A DNA stretch of 52,893 bases, the filler included, from Bipalium vagum (Eukaryota): the NCBI GenBank assembly GCA_037834085.1. It is 3 parts of 3 records of this genome, joined end to end, with 100 filler letters (N's around TTAATTAATTAA, not from the genome) between each part and the next. Parts side by side here need not be neighbours in the genome. Positions count along the whole stretch, not along the records: positions 1 to 15,584 come from JBBMKC010158546.1; positions 15,685 to 35,900 come from JBBMKC010257690.1; 1 more part is not named here. One strand, given 5' to 3'. Shown piece by piece: positions 13,955 to 26,732 of the stretch (position 1 is the stretch's first letter; the number at the start of each line of letters is the position of its first letter). The position numbers and the translations under genes were made by a program. The notes beneath the pieces are model-generated. The model saw nothing but the letters and a program-made list of their open reading frames with translations. It did no database searches and had not been told where the DNA came from.

Positions 13955-14270
13955 AATATCTGGGCATCAAGAAACGGGAAAATTTTTTAGTATTAACATC
14001 ATAACACGTTCCATACGAAATATTTGATTGGTTTTTATTAAAAATTAAATAATTTCATTAAATGAGAATTCCTGACATTTTCATTGGTTTATTTTCATTG
14101 AATCAAATTAAACAAATATGTGATCTTAATTCGATTTATAAATTTTAAATAGATTTTTCAATACTGTATATTTGGGATAATTTTATTGGCATCATGAATA
14201 AAATAAAGTTGAAAACAAATTTTACATAAATTTAAAAATAAAATATGCCTGAAAAAAAGATTATTTTAAT

Positions 14271-14486
14271 ATACAAAAGTGATTTGAAAAGTTCGCAAAA
14301 TGAAAAAATATATTTTAACAAAAATCCCATTATTTTTCAACACAACCCCCTTAAGGTTAATGCCCTTTATCCAACGATGTTTTAAGGTCATTATGTCTTC
14401 TGGAAAGTAGTTTTCTTCAAGGTTTATAAAATAATGATTTACTGCTTCATGAACCTCTTTTGATGTGAAAAAGCGCTTTCCACCAT
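14271..14486 (-). mobile_element. Mariner (irritans/Himar1-like) 3' fragment with one TIR
   Basis: Minus strand GGKRFFTSKEVHEAVNHYFINLEENYFPEDIMTLKHRWIKGINLKGGCVEK. TIR-like TACAAAAGTGATTTGAAAAGTTCG at about 14272. Confidence 0.75.
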
Positions 14487-14499
14487 ATAATGTGTACTT

Positions 14500-15095
14500 G
14501 ACAATTCAGTATTTAAGTTAATGCAAGTTAGAAAATTTTCCCATAAATCTGTTGTGAATTTACTTCTTAGTTATTCAGAGAAATTACATATTAAGTTATC
14601 CAAAGTTAATTGTTAATTATTAGAAAGAGTTATTTGTTGCTTATGTGAAGATGCCCCAAAGAATGATCCAAAGGAGTTACTAAAAGAAATTATTACCAAG
14701 CCAGAGAAGCAGTTGAAATTTACTTAAAGAAGAATATTTTTATCTGGCGAAAGTACATGTGATTAATTTACTTTTAATGATGGACAATCAACCGATCATA
14801 TATGTGTTTGGTCGTCTTTAGATAAGCCTAACAATAATTCTTTACTTTGTTATTGATATTTCTCTTTTTGTGATCAATTTACATTTTCTTTTAAATGTTT
14901 GGTTATTTATATTTATATTTTAACTCATTAATTAATTTTTTGTTATAACTGGTAATATATCGATTCATTTTTACTGTTGACAATTATCAATTGTTTGTTT
15001 ATCAATTTTTTATTATCAATAAAGTTCTGTTAAGATTCTAAGTTGATGGACAAAAAGATGTTGACAGTTGGAGCGTAAACGTGTCTTAGATCTCA
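14500..15095 (+). mobile_element. Probable Penelope-like element 3' remnant (GIY-YIG tail + degenerate hammerhead-like motif)
   Basis: RNYYQAREAVEIYLKKN at 14685-14735 resembles the PLE GIY-YIG C-terminus. It is followed by a T-rich UTR and TCTAAG-TTGATGG...GTAAACGTGTC-TTAGA at 15037-15090. Confidence 0.4.
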
Positions 15096-15584
15096 ACGGT
15101 TGAAGGTTGCTTAAGATTGTGTTCGAATTAATTAAATAAACTGAGAAAACGATTTTCTGTTTAATACTTTTATTTGAAATTAATATCAAAATTTCTATTA
15201 TAATTACAATGAGTGATAACAATTCTGACCGATTAGATTGATTTTATTAATTATAAAAATCCTCTCGCTCTGAGGCTCAGAGGTCCTCAATAAAGAAAAA
15301 CAAATATATTTCACCGCCCTACTTACGTGTGAAATATGAACAAACAAGAGCAAAAGTTATCACCTAAGGAAAAGATTCTTAAAAAATTACTTGATGCCCA
15401 GATCCTGGTCTGAGAATTTATTTAATATTATTTACTAAAAACTGTGTCTGACTGCAGAACACGCTTGGTTAATTGTAATATAAAAGCAAATGTAATAAAA
15501 CTTAATCTGAATCGGGACTAGTCTTATAATTTGGAATTATAAGCCAGTTTATATTATATTATGAATATAGTAAATAATGATTAC

Positions 15585-15684
15585 NNNNNNNNNNNNNNNN
15601 NNNNNNNNNNNNNNNNNNNNNNNNNNNNTTAATTAATTAANNNNNNNNNNNNNNNNNNNNNNNNNNNNNNNNNNNNNNNNNNNN
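15585..15684. other. Artificial assembly linker / gap
   Basis: N44-TTAATTAATTAA-N44, exactly 100 nt. The palindromic 12-mer has stops in all six frames. Identical to 35901-36000. Confidence 0.95.

Positions 15685-15752
<68 letters not shown>
15685..15752. repeat. (ATT)n microsatellite
   Basis: Uninterrupted ATT run at the contig start. Confidence 0.95.
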
Positions 15753-15779
15753 CATTAATAAATTATAATTCTTTTAACA

Positions 15780-17070
15780 ACCAAGCTCACTCCAGTTTGT
15801 GCAGAATTTAGGGAATTAATTGTATTAAAATCTAATTCTGCTTGTTTTCCAATCTACCACGAATGTATCACAGGACTAAATAAAGATTATATAGAAATGG
15901 AGGGGTGTCAAAGCGAACCTATTGAAAAAACTCTAAATGATGAAAAACTCTCAAATGAAGTCTCTGAAAAATCAATTGCAGCGAGCTCCACACCAATTGC
16001 AGCTCGCACTAGGCTGAAACTGGTTGAGTCACAAGCTCCCAGTGCTTCAGATTGACCGGAAGTCTACTTGTTTATTTGTGATTTTGTGAACAAGTCGGTC
16101 TATTATCTGGACGTTAAAAATAACTCAAATGACAAAGACAAGGATAATTATTTGAATGCTCTTGCTTCAATAATGACTACTCTTTCTTTAAATGAAATCC
16201 AATTTGATCCATCGCCTCAGAAAATGAAACATCCCAATGAGAGTGGTCCACTTCTCTGCGGTTTAATATTGGCTTTGGCAAATTGAAAACCTCTATTTGC
16301 AATTAATTGTAAAAGAATTAAGAACGAAACTGTTCGCTTAATGAAAATTAGTCCGTTTTCTTCTGCTGTTAAACCGATTCGTAGATCAGTTTCTCCACAA
16401 TATACACTAAATATTTGAATCGCAATGGCTGATAAGTTCCTCTCTGATTGTAAAATATGTGTAACGATGATTTTGGAAACAGAATCACCGACTACATATA
16501 TGATATAAGATTAATTAAAGCTAAAAACCTCTTTCTCGGTCGTTCTTCAGCAAATCGTGCTCAAAGTGATCTTCATCTTCGTAAACTTTATACAACTTCT
16601 CCTTCTGCTGTCGTTAACTTAATAATTGACAAGACTGTTGCTGATTGCACACCATATTTGCAAGCATTCACAAATTATTATAATCTCAAATCAGCTCCGC
16701 CTCCAGCGACTGATTGGTCAAATACAGGTTTTCCTTTTTTTAATAAAATCTGGTTCCAATTTTCAATTTCATGAGATAGATTCCGATAGCTTGCGAAAGG
16801 TGATGAGAGTTTGCAAAATCTCTTCACCTGGAATAAGTAATGTTTCTTATTCTGATATTAAATATTGCGATCCTTTATTTGAAATTCATATACATTTGTT
16901 CAACAATGTCATATCTAACAATACTCCTCCTTCTCAATGGAATTCTTTTTCAACACTTAATTCCGAAGCCAATGAAGCAAGGTGAATACTATGACATCAA
17001 TTCGTGGCGTCCTATTGCATCTTACAAACTTTTTGCTTCCATGTTATGCTCGCAACTTATTTATTAATTT
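15780..17070 (+). mobile_element. Truncated, frameshifted NeSL/R2-group-like non-LTR retrotransposon (Ulp1-like protease remnant + RT N-terminus)
   Basis: YLFICDFVNKSVYYLD...PQKMKHPNESGPLLC (about 16060-16260) is Ulp1-like. LRKLYTTSPSAVVNLII, SSPGISNVSYSDIK..LFNNVISNNTPPSQWN and LIPK..GEYYDINSWRPIA-SYKLFASML correspond to RT domains 0-2. Confidence 0.7.
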
Positions 17071-19499
17071 TATAATAAAAATGGTTTTAACAAAAAAATT
17101 TAGAAACATTTGGTTACTGAAGTTAAATAAAATGATACAAAATTTAATCTATAACAAAGGCCGACAAAAATTTTTTTAAATATACCCTTAGTGATTTTAA
17201 TTTTGACTAAACAAAGTATGCTGATTTCGAAAATGTTAACGAAAAGTTGCGTGACATGAGGTTTTTCAATTCCTTATTTTTTAAAATAATATTTTCCATT
17301 CATGCGATAACATAATTTTAACTAAACAAAGTACGCTACTTTCAAAAACGTTAACGAAAAAATTAATAATTATATTTATTATTTACCACAAAACAGAGTT
17401 CACAAAATTTCTGTTGACTTTTCTTCGTTTATAATCTGAAAATAGAAAAAATATAAACACAAGCGAATCAAATATTAAAATTAGAAAAAGAAAAAGTAAC
17501 TAAAGTTAAAGGATAATCAATTGTTGAAATATAAATTAAGAGTCTAAAGGTCATTTAAAGAAAAGAAAAACAGAAACAAAAGAGAACTTTAAATTAGCAC
17601 TATCAGTTCAAAGTTTGCTAAATAGGCCAACATTTCAAATATTACCGAACTGATCAATAAAAACAGAATTCTTAAGTGTCGAAAATAGCGAAAAAGTGAA
17701 TTTTAATAAATTGAAACATTCATAATTAATTTTTTCTCAATAAAATTTTTCAATATTTCACTGTTGCGAATAATGAAAACCACAAGTGATGAATACCTGA
17801 GACATTTGCATAATAAATAATTAATCGTAATAATTCGTGAGTATTATTTCTATATTAAACTCTTATCATACACAATCTAAGACAGTCTCGTCCGAGAACC
17901 GATTAATATTTAATATTCTTATAATTAAATATTAGACCACCTGCCCCTAACCCTAAGGTCCCAAAGGTTTTTTGTTATCTTCCTTACTTATATGTCTGTT
18001 TTTTATTTTTTAAAATTTACACAATAAGTAGAGTAGCGAGTGGTTTATCAAAGGGCCTTTGGGTTAAGCTCGAGAAAATTATTATTACTTTTTCAATTAA
18101 GCGCTAACTATCTGGATTTCTTTAAGTATTGTAAAAGAAATTGATGAAAAACTGTCTTACTAAAATAGAACTCATTGATTTTTAATTGATTTTAATAATT
18201 TATTTGTGAACACACTTTTAAAAACCTTCTAAACATTACGATCTCTGTTATTATTATTATTTGCTCTAACTTTTGAGAACATAAACAATATTGTTAATAT
18301 TTTTTTTCAATTAGAAACCTTTTGAAAAAAACACCCTTTTTCTGAATGTTGAGTTCGAATAGTTTAGAAACAAAAAAAACGGAGTTTGGAAGAAGTTTTC
18401 CCCGGTGGTTAATTTTACATGATCAATTGCGCTTAAGACTTTTATGGTGGTCTCAATTTTGTAATTTATTTATTATTTTCTAAATAGAATTATTTATATG
18501 AGAAATATCTTCTATTATCCACGGTGATTTATACTCTCAGCAGAAATTGTCACCATGATTAATTTTCTCTTTTGTGCTTTAATTGAAATTTTACAAATCT
18601 TCAAACATAAAATATAAATTAGAAACAGAATAATTTTTTTAAAAGGTCTTTATAAATCCAATGTCTCAGAGGTAAGTTCGATAAGCCATGGTCTCGGAAT
18701 TATGTAAAATAAATCCACATCTTCTTTCCCATAAATATCAGATTTTAATTTGTTTAAATTATTTTAATATTTTATTAGAATAATATTCAATTGTTCTTAT
18801 AATACTCTTTATTATTGTTCTTATTCGCCTTTCCTTAATTCTGAAAAATGTTACAATTTTAGAATTTACAGAATCTTCAAAGTAAACGTGAAAATTTCAA
18901 TACTCCACAGGTTTAATATTTGTTATTTAATGAAAATGAAATGTATATCACACACTTGTTACAAGGTGAATTAAGCATATTTATGTCAATCTTAGTGCTC
19001 TTAGATGTTTTCATGCGAAACAATCTATTTATTAACCACTTAGCAATTGATATTGTTAAAAGCATTTCATTGCTTAAATTATTATTCATATACATGAATT
19101 ATGGTTATGAGGATAATAAATGAAATTAAAAAAGCTTATTGTTGTTTAAATAATACGGTTGTCGGTAAATAATTTGTTTTTGAATACACTTTGAAATCGT
19201 CTTTAATTGATATGATTACAGATATCAAAAATGAGATTGCCGAAGCTAACAATGGTTAGGCGATCATTAATACACCGGTTACTTTGTTTTTATTTCTTTA
19301 AAAGAAATGCTAACAGGATAAGATATTCAGGTTTCATTTCTTTTCCAATTGAAATTTTCGTAAAATATGTGAAATATAATTTGAAATACTTAAAATATAG
19401 GACTCTTTATTTAATAATAATCGAAGAACTATGAATACTGAATGGTATATATTACAACATGTGATTTATAAAATGAGAAAGCATAAGAAAACCACTAAA

Positions 19500-19630
19500 T
19501 ATTTACGACATGGTCTGTACCCACCTGGTGACTCCATTTTGTTCACGGCCAATAGAAAGTAAATACCTGTTAAATACTTTTCCACTCCTTGAGCACTTTT
19601 TGCAAAATGCGAGGTATTCATGGAAAAGAT
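19500..19630 (-). mobile_element. Possible Gypsy integrase zinc-finger fragment
   Basis: Minus strand YFLLA/FYWP*..VTRWVQ..C resembles FYWP.M..DV..WV..C..C. Short and degraded. Confidence 0.3.
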
Positions 19631-20609
19631 GGGTCAAAAATTGTTTGGATCACACTTAAAAGTCTGCTGAATTTAATGCGATTATTTTGAAAACAAAATT
19701 AATACATTTTAGTTTTGTTTGTTTCAAAGTTTACAAACTCTCCAACATTCGATCTAACAATAATCACGTCGAAAATATCAGCAACGAAAATGAAATTAAT
19801 TTCTAGAAATTAAATTTTGACTAAGTTTCTTAAATTTATAAAGTATCACTTGCTAATTGTTACTAATGTACTCACTTTTCAAATCGTCTCCAATGACAAG
19901 TCCTCTTCGGAATGTAAATAAGAATACATGGTTTGCCAAATAAAACAAAATGAAAGTCAGGAAAGGATTCCAAAAAAATTTAATCATTTTTGAAACGCAT
20001 CTTAAATGAATCGTATACAACATGAAATAGTCTAAAACAGATCATAGTGAAGGCTATTTTTAAAAGCCAAAATTTCCTGAAAGAAAATAGTGATGACGAT
20101 TTGCCTGTCATATGAGGTTCCATTTCAGGTTTCTAAAAATTAGATGATTAGGATGGACATATACGTATAGTAAAGTGAGGAAATGGATCAGAAACTCATG
20201 ATTAAATATCGTATTTGTCAAAGAAAGAACCATTTGTAGCGAATTAAAAATCTGTTAACTTTATCTTTAACTCTTGAAAACAAAATTCTAATGAATAAAT
20301 CGATTTCGGTGGCAAATATAAACAAGCAAGTAAGAAAGTGAAGAAATAAGAATAGAAATATTAAGTATGTGAATTAGTTCCCATCGTTTTGTAATAGATT
20401 AATTATTATTATAAGTATCTTTTATTTGTCAATGAAAATAAAACAAAAAAGTAATATTGTAGTATTTCTATAAGATTTCAACAGTTAGTATTATTTTAAA
20501 TATAATAAAAAATATACTACATTTTATTTATATCCTGTTTATTTTAGCAAAAATTCTAAATCAAAAACTAAGAAAAGAGCATTTTCAGGAATCATTATTA
20601 TTTTACACA

Positions 20610-20940
20610 ATCTAAAAAAATCAACAACCGAAGCCCAACGGAATTAAAAATGATACTTTACGAGGAATAAATAAAGAAGACCAGTGTCAAACGTTGGAAG
20701 AAATAGCATAGACATTGAATGTTGGCTGCTGGTAAATGGATACAAGCATTGAAATGATCCAATAGTATGGGAAATGGATACCATGTGATTTGACCGAAAG
20801 GCAGCAAGAAAATCCCAAAACTGTTTGCGAAATGTTACTGAAATGCACTCATTTATGCATCAAATTATAACTGATGATGAAATATATAAGGTGTGGTATA
20901 AGAATCATATGCGCATAAAATCATGGACAATGTCGAGAGA
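20610..20940 (+). mobile_element. Mariner (Mos1/mauritiana-like) internal fragment
   Basis: EDQCQTLEEIA.TLNV...GKWIPCDLTERQQENPKTVCEMLL...FMHQIITDDE...YKNHMRIKSW contains WVPHEL-like and TGDEKW-like motifs. Confidence 0.8.
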
Positions 20941-21349
20941 ACTATTTAAAACTGAAACAGTAATTACTCGATTTAAGTGAAGCAATAGGTACCAAAAATA
21001 TACTAAACGAAGTATAAAATTGGCTTAGTAAATATACAAAAATAATTTAGAAACATTTGGTTACTGATGTTAAATAAAATAAACAATAAAATAAAATAAA
21101 CAATTATCTCGAGAAGATATTTTGCAAAAAGTTTTTTGTTTTTAGAACTTCAACAATTCCCTCAGGAAGTCTATGACTCTGTTGTGGTGGAGTTTTATGA
21201 AAAAACTTCAAGTTAAAAGTAAGAATTAAAATAAATAATATTTGAATAGCAGTTGTATCAAAACCGAGAAAGAAAGGTATATGAGGAATAAAATGGATAA
21301 TAAATTATAACATTTGTGAAAAATAAGATATAAATTAAATGGAATCCAG

Positions 21350-21900
21350 TGGTTTTCCCTATGTTGTATGATTTCGAAATAATTTCCATTAACAAATAAC
21401 TTTAACTCAGTTCCTCGTGGGAAACCCAATATTTCAGTTTACAGACCTACGTTAGTAAAACGGGAACATTTTTCCAATTCAAGTCGATTTGTCGGTTTTT
21501 GGTAATGAAAAACCATTGTCTTAAGAGTACCCTATAACCAATAATCAACTGGTATAAGGTTGTAGGCATGATATCATAAGAAAGGGATAACAGGAAAAAT
21601 CACTTACAAAATTTAATTCGTTGATCATAGTCATCTGATTTCAGTTCATATTAGTTTCCCGAAATAATCTATGAAAAGACGTCTTACCATCCATATCACC
21701 AACTGAACATTTAATAACGGTTTCAGATTTACCCGCCAAAGAACGTCCTCCATGTAGTATATTGACAACACTTACAGTTTTCTCAAACTTTATCGAAAAA
21801 GTGGATAATGTAGAATGTTTACATGGATCATTAATTAAATTTCATTTTGTTTTGATTTCCCTAATTATAGCTTTAAAAGAATATTCTTTGACAGAAAAAT
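21350..21900 (-). mobile_element. Decayed Tc1/mariner-superfamily element (SPDLTPLDFFLWG-type)
   Basis: Minus strand LKSDDYDQRIKFCK and YNLIPVDYWL*GTLKTMVFHYQKPTNRLELEK. Confidence 0.55.
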
Positions 21901-24900
21901 TAAATCAATTTTAAATATTTGTTTCTTAAATAAATTTAAAATATTTTTCATTGGTTATTCATTTAAACAAAACCTACTTTAATATAGTCTGGGAGTCAAC
22001 AAGAAAGAGGAAATGATGCTGAAACTAATTATCAAAGTTTCAAATCTGTCACATATCAGTGTTTCAAATCCATCAAATTAAATTTTTAAGGTTATACGTA
22101 ATCTTTATTCAAAAAGTTAAAAAACATTTTGTCTTCAGAAAATATTTTATTTATGTGATTTTATTACTTTAATAAAATCTCATTTTGGTATGGCATGAAA
22201 GCAGTTTATCATTCAATTGTGATTTAGTTACTTTGATTATATTTTATTTCAGTATTTTATAAATTTAATTATTTTTTTGTAATTGATTTTACTTTTTTTT
22301 TAAAAAAAATAATTAAATTAAAATTATTTTTTAAAAAATAACGATAATTATAATAAAATTAATTAATTGCTAGTTTTAAATAAAAGAATAAATAAATGGT
22401 ATAGTTGGGCTGATGGGGAGGTAGATATGACTGGTATAGAAAGAAAAGATAAATTAGAAATTAAATAAATGAATATAAAATTAAATTACTTTTCCGTTAT
22501 GTAGTTTTCTCTGATGTGGTTTCCATACTGAAAAAAGAAAATAAAGAAATCAATTACTATATGTAGGTGACATAACTTTTTAAGGATCCTTAATAAAAAC
22601 AAAAAAACACTTACCACAAGTAGGCGAGATAAACTTTTCAGGAAATAAAAATAATTTTTTACAAAATAATAATAAATTATATAAATAAATATAAAATAAA
22701 ATTAATTTGAGATAACATTAATTATAAAATAAAGTTAAAATTTTAATATTACATAAAAAAATTAAAATGGTGATATCTGCATAGGAAGAAGGTTGAGACA
22801 GTGAAACTGCTAAGTCTCTTAAAACTTGGAGCGAAACTAAGAGCTTAACGGTTAGAATGTTTTTTTAAGCGTGATCTAACTATGATTTTTGATCGAATAA
22901 AATAACAACATCTTTATAAACTTATTGATATCAAATAACAAATAACTGAGTGACTTTACAGATCAAGAGTGACTGCTGTTTGAACAATCCTCTGTTAGAA
23001 GACTTTCCTCGAGTTTAGGATTCATTAAAGGAAGGAAATCTTTTCGCACTGATAAAAATATCAGTATCTCAAAAGCCCTCAAAAATAGATAATTAACCAC
23101 CGTAATTAGTGTGTGAACTAAGAAAAATAAAAAAAAATTAAAAATAAAAAGAATTGTTTGAGTTTAGGGCTAGACCCTAAAATTTATTTTTAAGGTAATT
23201 AATTAAAACAGTTGTGTAATTTATTAAAAATTATCAACTGAAGGGTTTAATTTGATAGTTTAGTAAACTAATTAAGATTATAGCAATTGTGTAACTCTAT
23301 AGAATTATCAATTACAAAAATAAAGTTTAATATTAAAGAAATAAAAATATAATATAAACAATAACAACCAAATAATTACTTGTAAGCATAAAATATTGAC
23401 TGAATATGTGTGATTGATATTGCACTTCGATAGTAATATGCGTCTATCTTGATGGTCGAATAATTTGATGCTATCTGCTAATTTATGTAGGAATTTCACA
23501 GTTCAAAGTAAGTACGACTTGTTTTATAAGAGCGATTTGTTTTCTAAGTTCGATCTATTTTCTGAGTACGATTCAACAAAAATGTTGATCGATTTTATAT
23601 AAAATATATAACTGTTATTTTATTTTTAGCAGTAATAATTTACTAATAATAAATTAAATATTTTCTTTAATACCTATATGTTCCTATTTATATTTTTTGT
23701 TATTTAATTTTTTATATAAAATCTATTTTTAGTAAGTTATACTTACTATATTATTTTTTACAGCATTTTTGTATTTTTTTGTTTTAATTTATGATAATAA
23801 TAATAACAATTATAATTATTTTTTATTCTATTTAATTTTTATTATATATTCAATTTTTCGGGGAAGGATTCTTTTAACATTAAATATAAATAATAAACAC
23901 TACTAATTAAATGAACAAAGTTTTTATTAATTACTCAAATAAAAGTAAAATTTTTATTAGTGCACAAAATGTTATTTGGAATTTTTGAATTGTTTTGGGA
24001 GTCTCCACAAAACACTCATTGTGGAATTAATTAATTAATAATAAAATAATAATTAATTAATAAATTAAGTAACCATAAGATGATACGAGCACGAGAGGGT
24101 ATATAGTAAAAAATAATATAAAGATACTGCTGAAAATCATAATTTTGTCTTTCAAAATTATAATTTTTTAGTTTATTATTATTATTATTATTACGTTAAA
24201 CTATCGGATTTTTAAGAACTCACAGTTAGAATAAAAACTTTTAATAAGTAAATAAATACAAAAAACGAATTATTATAATCACTGATATTAATTGATTCAA
24301 TTACGCAGATAGTGAAGATCATGTCCCGTTTCTTTTATTTAATAAATCTTCCAGCTTCTTCTTTTATTGTTAATTTTCTGACAATTACGGTCTGGTGGTC
24401 TATTCATCCGTCATTCATTTTTACTTCAGAGCGTCTACACTATTTCTAGTGTAGATTGAATTCTACACTTAAATAATTGTACTTTAAATAATTTGAATTT
24501 TACTTTTATCAAGAATGTTGTACAGTGTTATAAATATAATTTATAAAAGAGTCGTATTTATTGTTTCATCTTATTGTGATTGGTACAGTACTTTCATATC
24601 ATTTGAAGTCAGATTAAAAAGATTGATAGACAAGTTTATTTTTTCGATTCTGAAACAACCGTTTTAAAATTTATTGCAAATTAAAATAAAGTAACTAAAA
24701 TTAACATCTTAGGAACTAGAATTATTTACTTTTCATTTTTGATTGTTTTTCACCCAAGATCTCACAAATTAAATTTGCAATTTGTTATTTTTATCTGAAA
24801 GACTTCTGTTTCTAAGTTACAGAAAAGTATTCTTATTCAGTAAAGTAAAAATAAGTTATAACATGATCACACATCGTTTCTTGAAATTTTATAAATTTAA

Positions 24901-25019
24901 ATTGTAAGTTTTAAGAAAAAGTAACACGATTAATGATATCTATAACATTTTCATTCTCCGTAAAAGTTACAAATTAGAATTTGATTAGATACAGAAACAT
25001 AATCGACTTATTTATTTTA

Positions 25020-25569
25020 ATATAACCTCCACACCAACGCCAGACCAGTGTCTCGAAATTGACTTTGAAAATATTTTTTACAAATTTGGATATCGTGAAC
25101 TCATTCTGAACGATCACAGTATAGGCAGCACTTTAACTTGGGCGCCCAGTTCTTGGAAGGTCTGCACAACTTCACATTTGGTTGAAGCTGCGGATAAGGA
25201 CATTCGATTATTTTACGTTCTGGAAGTTTTGCATGCCTACAAATCGAGCTCGTCATGCACTTTGGACAGCAGTAAGTGATGAGCCATTAGCAAAATAAAA
25301 TCCAACCATTTTTGCGAGATTTCGCATGGACCAATGGTAAAACATGATGAATATTTTAAAATTCTCAAATTTTAATTATTAAAAAAATTAAAATATGTAT
25401 ATTACATTTTAACACAGATTATATGAAAAAATATTTTAAAAATGAAAATTGATTAACTAAAATAGCAGATATCGACGATAACAAAAATCATTATATAAAA
25501 ACTTAACATTCTATCAAAATAATATTGTATTTTAAAAACTTCGTTGGGTTAATTTAAAAACACCCTGTA
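25020..25569 (-). mobile_element. Tc1/mariner-superfamily (rosa/DD41D-like) 5' fragment
   Basis: TIR end ...TTTAAAAACACCCTGTA at about 25553-25569. Minus N-terminal remnants NGSSLTAVQ..RARF..LPERKII..RTGRP. Confidence 0.6.
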
Positions 25570-25994
25570 AAATCATCTCCCTGTCACTTCGGACCCATCG
25601 CTCACAGGCAGACATTTTTCAACCATTTGACTAATTATAATTTTTTAAAAAAACATAAAAACCGAAACAATGTCAAAGCTGCCTTCAAAGACTTCGTAGT
25701 CGGAACTACATATTCTTATTCACCAAAAATTAAAAAAACAAGGATCTCTGGGAAAGATGTCTAAATATGAGTGAATTTTTCAATTAATAAAATATTCGTT
25801 AATTTTTTGTTTTATCAGTTTAAAATTAAAGATCAAAACGGGAAATTATTTTGCAACAATTTAATATATCTTAATTTTTACTGTTGTTTTATTTCTCTAA
25901 TCAAGAGCAATATTATCTTTTATTGGCGCAATCTCATTGGTCAATTTTATTTTATAAATTAGAAAAATATAATCCAGATCTAATAATTTAAACA

Positions 25995-26417
25995 ATGAAA
26001 TTAAATTTAATAAATGTTCTCATATTTGGATTATATGGAATGTATCACCTGGAATTCGCGAACAATTCTGTACTGATTGACGTTATTATGATAATCAGAG
26101 ATTCAAGCACCCCTATAAACGAAGAAAAAGAATGGTTAAGTTTACAGCATGATTACTTCCGGAATTTTACGGGTTACAAAAATCTGGTGATCAATATTCA
26201 CTTGACTAGAATAAAGCTTGACTATGGAAATGGATATAATCCGGTTGGGGGTACCTGGTACATATGGAATAAAATCAAAAAATTCATCAAATTATACCAT
26301 CGAATGCCGGCATTTATCGTCTCAAACTCCATAAACCAGGAAATTGCATTGCTGGCAACTGAATTAAAAATTCCATTAATAGGTTGCAGTCAGGAATATG
26401 ACATTCCTTTGGGATTG
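25995..26417 (+). CDS. First coding exon of a secreted/membrane protein, probably an ionotropic glutamate receptor (NMDA GluN2-like amino-terminal domain)
   Basis: ATG in ACAATG context; signal-peptide-like MKLNLINVLIFGLYGMYHLEFA; 141 codons ending in a phase-0 donor TTG|GTAAGA at 26418. QEIALLATELKIPLIGCS matches the periplasmic-binding-fold motif (GluN2 ..LDFISxQT.VPILG) at a comparable position before a phase-0 intron. Downstream exons not found. Confidence 0.6.
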
Positions 26418-26637
26418 GTAAGAAATTAATTTTGCATTATCCAAAATATAATTTGAACCGTAGTCGGTTATCAGTGCTTAGTTGACTGACTTTCCTATCA
26501 ACAGAATATGAAATTATTTAATATTAATTAAAATTATTAATAACATTTTAATTAATTTTATTCAAGTTAAATTTTTTTATCTGAGAAATAATAACTTATG
26601 TGATATTTTATATCATAGTAGATATTGATGAGTTCAT

Positions 26638-26732
26638 TTATTATCATTATTATTATTACTTTATTATTATCTTATTATTATCTTTTATTATTATTATTAT
26701 TATTATTAGTATGATTATTATTATTATTATTT
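26638..26732. repeat. Imperfect (ATT)n microsatellite
   Basis: TTA/TAT repeats with interruptions. Confidence 0.8.

Noticed and set aside
13632-14027. 131-aa plus-strand ORF
   Set aside because: Antisense shadow of the Reeler exon; no recognisable motifs or splice logic.
15629-15640. TTAATTAATTAA palindrome as a biological site
   Set aside because: Centered in N runs and repeated identically; an assembly spacer.
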